From an uncultured virus (IMG/VR IMGVR_UViG_2061766007_000765) (Duplodnaviria > Heunggongvirae > Uroviricota > Caudoviricetes): a stretch of 64,000 nt of DNA. The stretch is taken from IMG/VR virus record IMGVR_UViG_2061766007_000765; one strand, 5' to 3'. This document shows positions 52,942 to 64,000 of the stretch, piece after piece (the stretch's first letter is position 1; every line of letters begins with the position of its first letter). The notes under the pieces are model-generated. The model worked only from the letters and a program-made list of their open reading frames with translations. It did not search any database and was not told the DNA's origin. A program made the translations under genes and the position numbers.

Positions 52942-53726
52942 CTAAAACTGACTTAATGCGCCTATCTGAATTTTCCATATTACTTGGACAACTTGATTTA
53001 TACCTACTTTTAAAATACTAGATCGCAGTAGCTGCCGATTTTCAGGAATACTCATGTCCCATGAAGATCTATCAACAGGAGCTATCCTGTATCCTGCAAG
53101 TAAAGAAGTATTACCTGATTCAACATATCGAGAATTAGCCCACAAACCTGCTTCCGTTACAAATATGTAATTTCTGCCGTTTCTGAACTGAGCTAATGCT
53201 CCATTTGATACTAATCCGCTAAATACTACATCTATCTTACCATCTTCAGATCTCTGCGGAGATAACACCTGTCTAAATGTTATAGGTACGCGAGGAAAGG
53301 TGTCAGATATTAATTCACAATCAATTGCCTCTCCGCCTGCGTATTTAGGCCCAAGCCCAGGATATTCTCTATTATNNNNNNNNNNNNNNNNNNNTCTGCG
53401 CCGAATCCTGGCTCTTGATTCAAGTAATTATCTAAAAAAGCAGAATCATCAGGTAATCCTGCCGGCAAACCTTCTGCATCTTCATCTTGATTAAGGAGCC
53501 CCATTGTGCCTAAAGAAATATATTTAGGAATCCATGCATCAAGCAATTGGCTTCCCGATGTAGCTCCTCCAGCTAGATGATATCCTACACCTGTCAATAA
53601 TGTACTTGTAGCAGTATTATGCCCCGTGTGCTCAGAAATAACTTTACCAGTAACTTCATCTAATACTCTAATACATACGTTATCATATATGCTTAAATTC
53701 TTTGCAGTTTCTAAAATTCCTGCCAT
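52942..53726 (-). CDS. baseplate/tail-associated structural protein
   Basis: HNT..., YISLGTMG, ITEAGL-like (VTEAGLW), QVIWKIQI motifs typical of tail-fibre attachment proteins. Confidence 0.6.
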
Positions 53727-53738
53727 GAATAATTCTCC

Positions 53739-54285
53739 TTAAGGGATCTCGCTAAAAGTAATTACCTTTAATGAAACTGTATTACCTTGAGCAGATTCAA
53801 TATTAGTATCATGATATACTACAGTTGAAGCATTTGTAGAGCCTTCATAATGTGTTTTAGTTGTTACTGTCCTATGAGAATCTACACCATCCCATACACC
53901 CACGACATTTGTTTGCCAATATGCATTACCAGAACTAATTTCTTGCCAAACTATATGATCGCCTTCATTAGTTACAATCAGATCATTATCCGAAGTGATT
54001 AACATATCTAAATCAGGCTCTCCCGTGCTCCCGTATTTAGCTAACAAGTAATCGGACCTATCTACAGTAGGGTCAAATATCTCTATAGGCTCTTCGTTGT
54101 CGATTCTTCTATGCAAATTTGNNNNNNNNNNNNNNNNCATTAGAAAGTAACAACTCTTCGCTATCAGTTACAAGATATAGAGATTCATAATCCTCTGCAA
54201 GAAAGTATTCTATTGTTTCTCTAGCTACTTCTTCATCAGTAGCTAATCTAGCGCGTCCATATGCAGTTTTAGCTACTTCAGTCAT
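53739..54285 (-). CDS. hypothetical structural protein
   Basis: MTEVAKTAYGRARL... with repeated YLVTD/LITSD/IVTNEG motifs. Confidence 0.5.
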
Positions 54286-54344
54286 GATTATCTCCTATTG
54301 TCGAAAGCCTCTTCCCCCATATAGAAGGTTCAGACTTGTTCCTG

Positions 54345-55449
54345 CTATCTATCTAATTCTTCATTGTCAACTCGCACCACTTCTATCTTACCTGTAGTTG
54401 TATCGTATTTAGTGTATGCTGTATTCCTAGCATTAAGTGATATTGCATCCCCTAATGCTGCCATTACAGGGTTCACTGCAGGCTTAGGAGCAGTAACACT
54501 AGTTGCATCTTCAATTGTATATACTTTGTTAGTTAATTGATGTTCTAACTGGTTATTTATCCTTAAATTGTATAAAGGATAATCTGCATCTTTTAAGTAA
54601 TCGTCAGGATATTGAACTGACACATCTTGAGGCCCGTATCCTATATCGAATATAGATGGTAAGAGAGCTTTAACAATATGGTCATTATTGCATAATTGCA
54701 AGGATGAGAGCGATCTCAATCCTGGATTTATATTTTCTGATGGGCTAGGAGTAATACTGGCTTCATAATCTTTATTCCTATAATAAACATTTTCTTTGCT
54801 TCTAGGTTCGTTGCCGCTCTGCAAACTTGCATAATCTTTTCGAGTATATGCAGCTGTGAAAGAAGGTCCTACAGTTACATTATTGTCAACTAAGTCGGTC
54901 AATCTAGCATCTACTGAAATTTTAGTTTTAGCATTCATTGACACACCCGCATGAGAGAAACAATACATTCCTAATGGTCTAACATACTCTATGCAAACAT
55001 CGGTAGGAATTTTTTCGGAATAATATACAACATCTATGAAGCCTAAATCGACATACGGGGTTACACTTACAGCATTGACAGGAATAGACGTATCTTCTAA
55101 TNNNNNNNNNNNNNTCGTTTGCATAGTTCTGCAGATTAAACTGATCTAAGTTTATCTCTGCTGCCAATGTCATTCCAGTTTTAGACCCTCTGTATCTTAT
55201 CAATGTAGCAAAATACAGAATAACAAGTCGGTTAAAGGCAACACTAGCCCTTTCGTCATATTTATATCCGCATGTATCGCCTAACATCCATAATAATTCA
55301 GAAGGACACCTTAACGGATCTAATAGGTCTATCAAATTATCCGTTTTATACTGTAATTCAGCTAAACATGTTTCAAACCATTTAAGGAAGAATCTAAAAT
55401 CCCAACTCTGTTTATAGATTTCAGGTGTAGGTATATCTGAAAGAATCAT
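54345..55449 (-). CDS. baseplate wedge protein (tail protein I / gp7-like)
   Basis: LIDLLDPLRCPSELLWMLGDTCG...IRYRGSKTG, YVRPLG. Confidence 0.75.
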
Positions 55450-55460
55450 TCTTGGACCTC

Positions 55461-57346
55461 CTAGCTTACAATGCAATCAGGTGATACAATAATTGTATCC
55501 GAACCGGGAACGTCTCTTAAGTATCTTGCAAACGAAATCAAGTTAAAGAATCCTATATCACACTTTATCCATTCAATCACCTTTGCAAGCGTATTGCCTG
55601 CATCGAAATATGATATCATGCTGTCTGCATTCTGTATTACGTTTACGACTTCCATCACTGTGGGTAGTTGCCCATATCTTCGACTATCAGGTGCGAAATA
55701 TAACTCAAGCTCATCTTTAACTGATTTAATTAATCCATCAGCAATATCTCTGCTTACAGGCTGTTTAGTATATATCTTGCCGATAACAGTAAAGTCAAAC
55801 AATCGAGTAAATCCAAACTGTAAGTCAACTGACATAGCTTGTAAAGGTAAATAATCTTCGTTTACACCTTCTAAGAACATTTCAGGAGCTTTGTATCGAA
55901 TAAAATTAGGAGTTCCTTTGAAATAAGCTACACTTTGTTTATTTTGACCATAGCTGCTATTTTGGAAATTATTATGTATGCAAAATGTCATTGCAGTGTA
56001 TCGCTGGAAATTAGTTGCAAACACATACTTATGTGGGTCCGAAGGATCAAAGTCTAAATTGAGAACTTGCTGCCAATTGAAATCATCTGACCCTGCAGGA
56101 AAATCGGAATTAGTAATATACTTTTTTCGTTTTTGGGCATCTGTTAACGTAGTATCATTATATACTGACAAGTTATACTCTAAAGCCTTCTGGCAGTCAA
56201 TTACTATACCACAGTCAACTCCAGGTTCTCTATTTATAAATCTGTTGAAATCAGGGAGAGTGATTAAACTATCCCAAGTATTGATATATTTTCTGCTGTT
56301 AAGATATGCTTCGTGGGCAGTTTCGGGGCTCTTTCCCGTTACTGTATAAGTGTTAGGAAGCTCAACTGTATTAGATAAGTTAGATACTGCAATATCACCT
56401 GATTCATAGCTCATCTGGTTAGCACTAGAATCTGTTNNNNNNNNNNNNNNNNNNNNNNNNCGGTAACTGAACCAATTACACCTGAACAATCCATCCAATA
56501 TATAACTAAATAATTACCAGAATAATTTTCAAGCTGATTAAGATAATTACTTACAGTAATTTGTGCGTTTGAATAATTATCGTAAGTTACTGCAAATAAA
56601 GGTTCAGGAGTTGAAAAATCAGCTACACTGTCAACCTGACGCCATTGAGTCTCTAAGAAGTTATCATCACTTAAGTTAGCTTTTGCTTTCACCCAAACAG
56701 CTGTGCTGTCTACATGCTGAGAAGGTAAAGTAATTATATAGTTGTTAGCCTTAACATCGGCTACACTTATATTAAAGCTCCTTAATTCACCTTCTATTGC
56801 TACTCGAGTTACTGACTCTCCAGGATTCAATTCATATCTATCTTCCTGAGCGAATACATCAACATCAGAAGTTATTGTTCTACGAGTGCTTCTAGATGCC
56901 GAATCATACTTGAATGTCTTAGGTAGTATGTTGTAAGTGATAACTCGTTCAGAATTAGTAATATCCGAATAAGCGTTCAGCGTAGAAAAACTGGATCCGT
57001 TGAATCCAAAATCTACTACATAAGGGTCATCGGTTGTATTAGTAAATGTTACTTCTGTCCTTGCTGCAGTATAACTTCCTAAGCTGTATCCAAACAATGC
57101 AAAAAGCTTTTCTNNNNNNNNNNNNNTGGGTGCATATAGCTCAGACGACTGAATATCTAGATTCATAGACAGTACATCACCTACAGATGCTAAATACTTA
57201 GCAAGTACAATTCCAGGATCTGAATCGCTTTCCCCATCCCATAATTCAGTAAGTTTAGGAATAGCTGAAATAAAGTCATTGAATATAGATTCGTAATCTC
57301 TGCTCGAGTAATTGACTATTCCGTTAGTTACAGATGAATCCGCCAT
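55461..57346 (-). CDS. baseplate wedge subunit (T4 gp6 / baseplate J-like)
   Basis: NYSSRDYESI...ESDPGIVL...D...SELY; TGKSPET...ITLPDF. Confidence 0.88.
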
Positions 57347-57357
57347 TGGTTATCCTC

Positions 57358-57783
57358 CTAAATGAATTTGCTTACGTCTGATTGCATAAGATCAAAAGAA
57401 ACTGTTTCTCTATATATTGTAACAAGCGTTATTGTTAAATTAAGTTCGTTCATTCGTTCTGATACGCTTATAGGGTCGGAAGGGTCTCTCGAGTATAAGT
57501 TACCCCTAACAATTTGAGTTTCCTCAGGAATTACACTAGGTTCCCAAAGTCTAAGTTGTTCTACTAATCTGTCCCTTATTAGGGCAATTGTGTTATCATT
57601 ATTATATGTGTATAAATAACGCTTAAGCCCTACTCCGAAAGTAGGATTCATATACAATTCGGTTGGTTCGGTTAACAATAGTAATTTAACTCTGTTTGTT
57701 ATTGACCTAGTATCATTATATAAGTTGACCTGGCTCCTAGATACATTAAACATGTTAGGCCAAGCCCACGAACTACAAATCAT
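57358..57783 (-). CDS. baseplate wedge subunit (gp25/GPW-like)
   Basis: LLLTEPTELYMNPTFGVGLKRYLY...LRLWEP. Confidence 0.88.
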   Translation of the reverse strand: MICSSWAWPNMFNVSRSQVNLYNDTRSITNRVKLLLLTEPTELYMNPTFGVGLKRYLYTYNNDNTIALIRDRLVEQLRLWEPSVIPEETQIVRGNLYSRDPSDPISVSERMNELNLTITLVTIYRETVSFDLMQSDVSKFI

Positions 57784-57797
57784 ATAGCATTCTCCTC

Positions 57798-58079
57798 CTA
57801 GATGCGAGTCCCGTTATGATAATTTCCGCCTGTAAGTCCCATTACAACAAACTTACTTCCTAATCCTTCATTAATGGATTGCAGCAGTACTACATCGCCT
57901 GACGTAGGCATTGTAGGCAGTAGCATAGAAGTATACCATGGTAGGTCCTTATCTAATGTATAAGTCCCTTTTCCAGATTGTTGAACAAACGGACCATGAA
58001 TCTCCGGAATTCTTACTTGTACTTTGAGAGTACCGTCTCCATCATATGTATAATTTTTAGCAAATCCATATACAACCAT
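57798..58079 (-). CDS. baseplate spike OB-fold protein (gp5/gpV N-terminal-like)
   Basis: LKVQVRIPEIHG...LPW...P.SGDVV.L. Confidence 0.75.
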   Translation of the reverse strand: MVVYGFAKNYTYDGDGTLKVQVRIPEIHGPFVQQSGKGTYTLDKDLPWYTSMLLPTMPTSGDVVLLQSINEGLGSKFVVMGLTGGNYHNGTRI

Positions 58080-58080
58080 A

Positions 58081-60568
58081 TTACACCTTATCTCCAAAGA
58101 ACAATGCCCACACACCTCGAGCCCAACCCTTTCTGAGTTCCTGCTCGAGCATATCGCGTTTAGTGCCCCAGTTACCTTTACCGATCTCCATATAATCTAA
58201 GAAGTATACAGCAGCATTCTGTGCACCTTGCAGAGTATTTTCGACACTTCGTATCTTAGTCATGCCTTCTATTCGTAAATTTTCTGTAGTAACCCAATAG
58301 AATAAAAATTCTATTTGACCGGAAAGATTATTTGGCCACGCTTGCTTATTACCATGAGTTTTACAATAATCCTTCATCTGTGTTGCAAAATTAGCAGTTT
58401 TCGAAGTATCTGCCCATTGGACTAATCCAGATGCGCCAATACTATTACTTGCTGCAGGGTTCCACTTAGATTCTTGAAACATATTAGCCATTATGCCAAT
58501 AGTGCCTGCAGGATTATCCAATTGAGCGTTTATCAGCTGATATATCATCTTAACATTAGCAGNNNNNNNNNNNNNNNNNNNNNNNNNNTTTACCGTCATA
58601 GTAAGATGTTACTTTAATAGACGAACCATCGACTGCAGTTATGTTAGTATCTCCTGAACCTGACCAGCTTAATGAATATGCTGAATTAGGAACTCCGCCG
58701 AGTATTTCATCTGCTAATTCAAGATGAAAATTGGAAAGGGCAGTATTATTCCAAAAATTAGCTATAAGCCCCTGTTCATTCTCTGCAGATGTAGATGTCT
58801 CGGCTAATACACTATAGAAATTTGCTAACATTCCCGTATAGTTTAAGGCACTAAGCGTGATTCCGGTCTTTTTTATAGAAGGTTTGAAGCTACTACTTGA
58901 ATATTNNNNNNNNNNNNNNNNNNNNNNNNNNNNNNNNNNNNNNNNNNNNNNNNNNNNNNNNNNNNNNNNNNNNNNNNNNNNNNNNNNNNNNNNNNNTGTG
59001 ACATATTTTTGTATAGGAGCGCTACCATCTATTTGTTCCCATGCAGGTCTATATATTCCTAATATGCTAGCTGATCTTGAATTGAATTTTAGCTTCTTAA
59101 CACTANNNNNNNNNNNNNNNNNNNNCTGCTGTATTAGATTCCTTTCCATTTGCTGAAATTTCATTCTTAGCAGATGATATTTCAGCAACAATGCCAACTT
59201 TATCTGCATAATACTTAGTAGCTGTCTCTACTTGTTTATTTCTAAATAAAATTAAATCACCTAATTGCGGTACCGGATAGTTATTTAAAATAGGTCCGTC
59301 TATCCATGTGCCCATCTTTCTATCAGCACCTGAAGTTTTATATGCAGTGCAGCTCGTAACTTTAGGAATGATTACATTGAGCAGGCCACCGGTTATACTT
59401 GCTACAGCAGTTATAAATGCAGCTGACCAAGGAGAATTAGCTTTTACTTCTACATGCTTGTTTATTGACGAGATGTTTTTTCCTACAAACGAGTTAGCAG
59501 TAGCCATAAACTCGCTAAGAAAGCTTTTTCCACTGTTGACTGAAGTAGCTACAGNNNNNNNNNNNNNNNNGAAACATATACTCTTTAAAGCCATCTCCAT
59601 CTAAATCCAAATCCCACGAACCCTCATCCTTAGTTCGTTTAATGTATTGAAATTCTAACGTGTCTAATGAATATTGTGAAACATATATGTAATTAGGATG
59701 AACCAGCTCAACAATGGAAACTAATCCAGGTAGGCTGTTATTTTTAATGTTAGTATAGCACATTACGGCACCTAATGCAGGAACAGATCCTCTTTGGTAC
59801 TTATCTTCAGTATGACTATACCATTTCTTAGCCATGCTGCGAGATAAATCGCAATGCGCTTGCATTATCTCACTGAATCTTCCCCATGCATACGACCCAT
59901 TTTTATTAAACCCGTAATTATTACTGTAATATTCATCTACCAAAACATTACCTTCGGGACTCGCCGTTCGAGGTTCAAATGTAAATTGGATTTCACCTTC
60001 CATTCGATAGCCGAAAACTTGAGATGCACTTCCGGAAGCTGTACTAAATACTATTTCGTCTTCACTTCCGTCTCTTGGATTTCCGGAAACAACTATCTCT
60101 GTGTGTGTACCTGCTTTAACTAGCACATCTCCGTTATAAGGANNNNNNNNNNNNNNNNNNAATGTACCGGGGTCCATAAATAGATTAGTTTTGACAAAAT
60201 CTGCTTGGAGGGTTGCAGTTGTACCCATTATGCTGGTACCTGCACACTCGTTGAGACATTGATAAACTAAGCTAGAGCAGTCACAATTGGTGGGAACAGG
60301 AGAGTTAGTTCCATGGTCACGAATTCCAAGACGGCTACCTTGACTGTATCCAATATTAGCATTGTTACAAGCTTGTATCATTGTTTTCNNNNNNNNNNNN
60401 NNNNNNNNNNNNNNNNNNNNNNNNNNNNNNNNNNNNAGAATTAAAACTAGCTTCAGTATAATCCCTTAAACTAACTTCACCTGAATAATCAGGTATAGAA
60501 GCTTGTTTCTGATCTCCTACTTGTGTATTTCCATAAGCGCTATGTGCACCACCTGTTGTTAACTCCAC
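58081..60568 (-). CDS. multi-domain tail peptidoglycan hydrolase (NlpC/P60-like + 2 CHAP-like + phage tail lysozyme)
   Basis: IGYSQ..CDCSSLV..HTEIV; YAWGRF..PALGAV; PWSAAF..PQLGDLILF..KVGIV; GIMANMFQES...GLVQW. Confidence 0.75.
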
Positions 60569-62818
60569 TTAATTACTCCTATCTGCAAACCAATTTTTAG
60601 TGTACACTCTGAATTTAATGACTTTACCCGCCCAATCCTTTGATCTATATGAACAGTCACCCATCTTGTTTACTAAAGGTATTAGCTTACTTCTATCAAC
60701 TACAAATTCAGAACAGCATCTTGATGATGTATTCTGAAATATATGTTCAGGACCAATTGTGTCCCTGTCGGCTTTCTGATCACTAGTTATGCAAGGTATT
60801 ATTGCTCCACCATCAATATAAACATCCAACCAAGTTCCCGATTGATTGCATATACCCGTACCTACTGCAATAAGGTATCTCCCTCCAATAGTCCTGAATC
60901 CTTGTTCATCAGTTACAGTATCTTTGCTATTTATTATTTGATAAGCTTGCGAATTGATGTCGGTTACGGATGTATAAGATTCAAATGATTTGAATCCAGT
61001 GTATTGTGAATTCTGCGGAACAGTTATGTCTATATAATTATCAGTTGTTACCTTTTTGACCTTACTTGCAGATCCTTCGATAGTAGTTTGGATAGATCCG
61101 TCTACTATAGCACCGGCAGCATCCGACTGAGATGAACCAGTAGTTGCCGAAGTTTGCAATTCGGGATTTATGTTTTCTAGGCTATTTAGTTTAAAAAATG
61201 ACGGAGTTAATATTTCATCACTGGGTACGACTGACNNNNNNNNNNNNNNNNNNNNNNNNNNNNNNNNNNNCCTTTTCCTTTGTAGCATATATCCCACATC
61301 GAGATTTAAGCCCCCAATCTACAAATGAGCTATAGAACCGTTCAATAATATCCGATGCGAGTGTGGTATCTACTACCCTAAAATCTAGATGAAGCCATAT
61401 ACCTAGTTTAGGAGAATATTTAAATATAGCAGATCTAAGCTGTCTAGCTTCGTTAGCAGCTTCTTGAATAGATGTAGCTCGGGTAGTAAATATTAAGNNN
61501 NNNNNNNGATTCTTTAATTTGATCCCCTAATGATTTTAAACTGTATTTAACTTTATTATGTAATTTATCAAATAGATAGCCTGCATCAAACATTGCTCCA
61601 ACAACACCGAGTTTCTTAAGTGATTGATAATCTACATTCAATAAGCCGCTATCTATTTTTGCTACATAAGGCTTTATTGCACCTAAAGATACTGTATTCT
61701 GTACTCGAAGTGCAGATGTCTCAGAATCTGCAAGATGATGCGTAACAGTAACCCAGTTATCTGAATTAGCTTTAATTCGTTCATTTATTGAATTTATCAA
61801 CGAATTGAGTATTNNNNNNNNNNNNNNNNNTCTTATTACCAAATTGACTATGCAATGTAATAGTCCCTTTTTCGGGATTATTATTGTTATACACTAGCTT
61901 ATAGATAAAGTTTCGCCTGCATATATCTTCACATAAATCAATAAGGGATTCTTTACACTTATCTGTTATTTCATAGTTAGGCGCAAGGTTTTTATTCATT
62001 AGCATTATCTGGACAGCCCTATTATCATTTACAGCATCGCCTGTACCAATGCANNNNNNNNNNNNNNNNNNNNNNNNNNNNNNNNNNNNNNNNNNNNNNN
62101 NNNNNNNNNNNNNNNNNNNNNNNNNNNNNNNNNNNNNNNNNNNNNNNNAGACGCTTAATGTCTCCAATTGTATTTGCTACATGAATAGTTATGCAGGTTA
62201 CTAACGAGGTCCTAGGCATATCACTATCGGAACTTATTCTATTTATATATCCTGGAAGACTTGAATTGCTGAATTCAGGAATATTATTCCAATTTCCTTC
62301 CNNNNNNNNNNNNNNNNNNNNNNNNNNNNNNNNNNNNNNNNNNNNNNNNNNNNNNNNNNNNNNNNNNNNNNNNNNNNNNNNNNNNNNNNNNNNNNNNNNN
62401 NNNNNNNNNNNNNNNNNNNNNNNNNNNNNNNNNNNNNNNTAGTTGCTTCATTAGACGTGTTAAATGAACCCGGATCAGTTCCTGTACCTTCTTTGACACA
62501 CTGTCTAACTAGCGAAGAGCAGTCACAGTTTACATCCGTAGTTGTGTGTATTCCATATAATGCTAAAGACGTCCTATCACTTTGAGAGTATCCAATATGA
62601 GGATTGTTACAAGCAGCAACCATGCAGCTTGCAATACTTAAAGCATGGCTGCTTAATAAAGGACGTAAAACATACCACCCTTTGCTTGAAATATAGAAAT
62701 TTTGCATAGATACTTCGCCAGCATAGTCGGGAGAAGTTTTCTGTTTTTGATCTCCCTTTGCACCGCCTGAAGCTTTTCCATGTTCGTCTATTCTTGCTGA
62801 TCCAATTGTAACTGACAT
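60569..62818 (-). CDS. multi-domain cell-wall hydrolase-like protein (NlpC/P60-like + amidase-like + GH25-like + RlpA/3D-like)
   Basis: IGYSQ..CDCSSLV; ITIHVA..ITLH; VDYQSLKKLGVVGAMFDAG..WLHLDF..GIYA; YLIAVGTG..IPCI.SD; fragments joined across gaps. Confidence 0.65.
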
Positions 62819-62828
62819 TGTTAACCTC

Positions 62829-63349
62829 TTAGTCTGAATTGGGATATTGCCTTGATGCTATTAGCCTTGTTTCTAAATTTCTTAATGGATTCTGATAATT
62901 AACTGCCCATTCCGCCATCTGCGCGTCAGTCAACTCAATTTTATCATTGTATCGATTTATACCATACTCAACATCTGTTTCTTTAGGAGGAATATATAAC
63001 CCATCTAAGATGTCTTTAGGATTTTGCTTGTNNNNNNNNNNNNNNNNNNNNNNNNNNNNNNNNNNNNNNNNNNNNNNNNNNNNNNNNNNNNNNNNNNNNN
63101 NNNNNNNNNAGCTAATTCAGATAAATATAAATAACGCAGTATCTCATGATTAGACACTGCGATGTTGACTGTCCCGCTTCCTTGATAAGTGCCGAAATAC
63201 AATACAGAACCCGGAAACAGGTTATATACATTGATAATGTTAGATATTAAAGCTGTATATGAGGTCGGATTTTTATCTTTCATATCAGATTCATTTAACC
63301 ATTTTGAATCCGAACGCCCTCCTAAAGCTGCAATAACTGAATGATCCAC
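62829..63349 (-). CDS. hypothetical structural protein
   Basis: GGAGG RBS, open frame across a gap ending ...RQYPNSD*. Confidence 0.5.
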
Positions 63350-63368
63350 GGTTTAGATCCTCCATCAA

Positions 63369-64000
63369 TTAAAGGGTTTGGATATCTTGCCATGTAGGGT
63401 ACATCACACCGAAATCAACTTTTCCTGTTGACTTAACATTAGGTGTCTGAGTGAACCCTGACTTTATTTTCCCAGAACTTCCCGAAATATATATTCCCAT
63501 ACCTGCTGCAGTTTGGTTAGCTGAACTAATAGCTAATCTCTGCAGAGTAAGCGTAGTTGCAAAAGTAGCCCCAATTGTATGACTAACTGATTTGATGTTA
63601 TATATTCCAGATACAGGAGACAATGTATTAGCAGACATTACTATAAGCGATACAGGCTGACATATAGTATAACCTGTGACAGAACCCGGAATGGTTACTG
63701 TAAATTCTCCCGTAAATTGTGTAGATAATGCATTTATATCATTTATTATATTAGCAGTCTGATAAACTTCTGCCAAAGAGCTGCTCCAACTATTAACTAC
63801 AGCAGTGTTATTCACAATAGTTTGCCNNNNNNNNNNGCGTTGAGAAATTCATATCAGACATATTATAAGCGATTCCATCATAGGAGCCACTTATTGACAA
63901 TATGTTACTGTCTGCAGTGCCGTATTTAAGAACCTGAGCATCTCTGCTTGACATTATGCTGCTGGTATTTTTATAATGAATTACTCCAGGTTTAGTCATT
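63369..64000 (-). CDS. baseplate hub-like protein (C-terminal part)
   Basis: TVTIPG...SGIYNIKSVSHTIG..F.TTLTL is typical of gp27/gpD hub C-termini. Confidence 0.7.

Noticed and set aside
1..64000. Widespread pseudogenisation or programmed frameshifts in split genes (portal, terminase, sheath, helicase, baseplate)
   Set aside because: Frame breaks coincide with N gaps of uncertain length and are assembly artefacts
1..64000. tRNA genes, CRISPR arrays, reverse transcriptase/DGR or group I/II introns
   Set aside because: No cloverleaf, repeat-spacer array, YxDD RT motif or intron catalytic-domain signature was recognised in the non-gap sequence

Overview
This window is a fragment of a large T4-like (contractile-tailed) phage genome. 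The host is most likely a low-GC Firmicute, judging by AGGAGG ribosome-binding sites, sigmaA-type TTGACA/T-17-TATAAT promoters and clostridial-type TnpB. Many short N gaps split single genes across several ORF-track entries; I re-joined these by reading frames by hand, so some gene ends are approximate. Almost all genes are on the minus strand. Virion genes: major capsid protein, prohead protease-scaffold, portal, intein-containing large terminase, neck proteins, tail sheath, baseplate wedge/hub, and two multi-domain cell-wall hydrolases. Replication/repair genes: primase, UvrD helicase, SbcC/Rad50-like ATPase and dUTPase. Transcription genes: sigma-70-family factor, RNAP omega-like protein, Mor-like and HTH regulators. 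There is also a sigmaA-driven early island and two TnpB elements. Most notable observations: (1) three paralogous Zn-ribbon/KYG-repeat + PD-(D/E)XK nuclease + Mom-like GNAT fusion proteins, with a stranded DNA-methyltransferase C-terminus between two of them; (2) an apparently catalytically dead NAD-dependent ligase homolog between terminase and portal; (3) a candidate -1 frameshift (A AAA AAC) that adds an adhesin-like domain to a small structural protein; (4) a recurring [IV]-x-[AS]-[ASGN] motif in capsid, scaffold and about 10 small proteins, suggesting protease-processed head cargo; (5) two related short promoter-like motifs, AACCTTnnATA and ATCGTTAnnnn; (6) a hairpin-rich ~0.9 kb non-coding region. 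All family assignments come from motif recognition by eye, not database searches.
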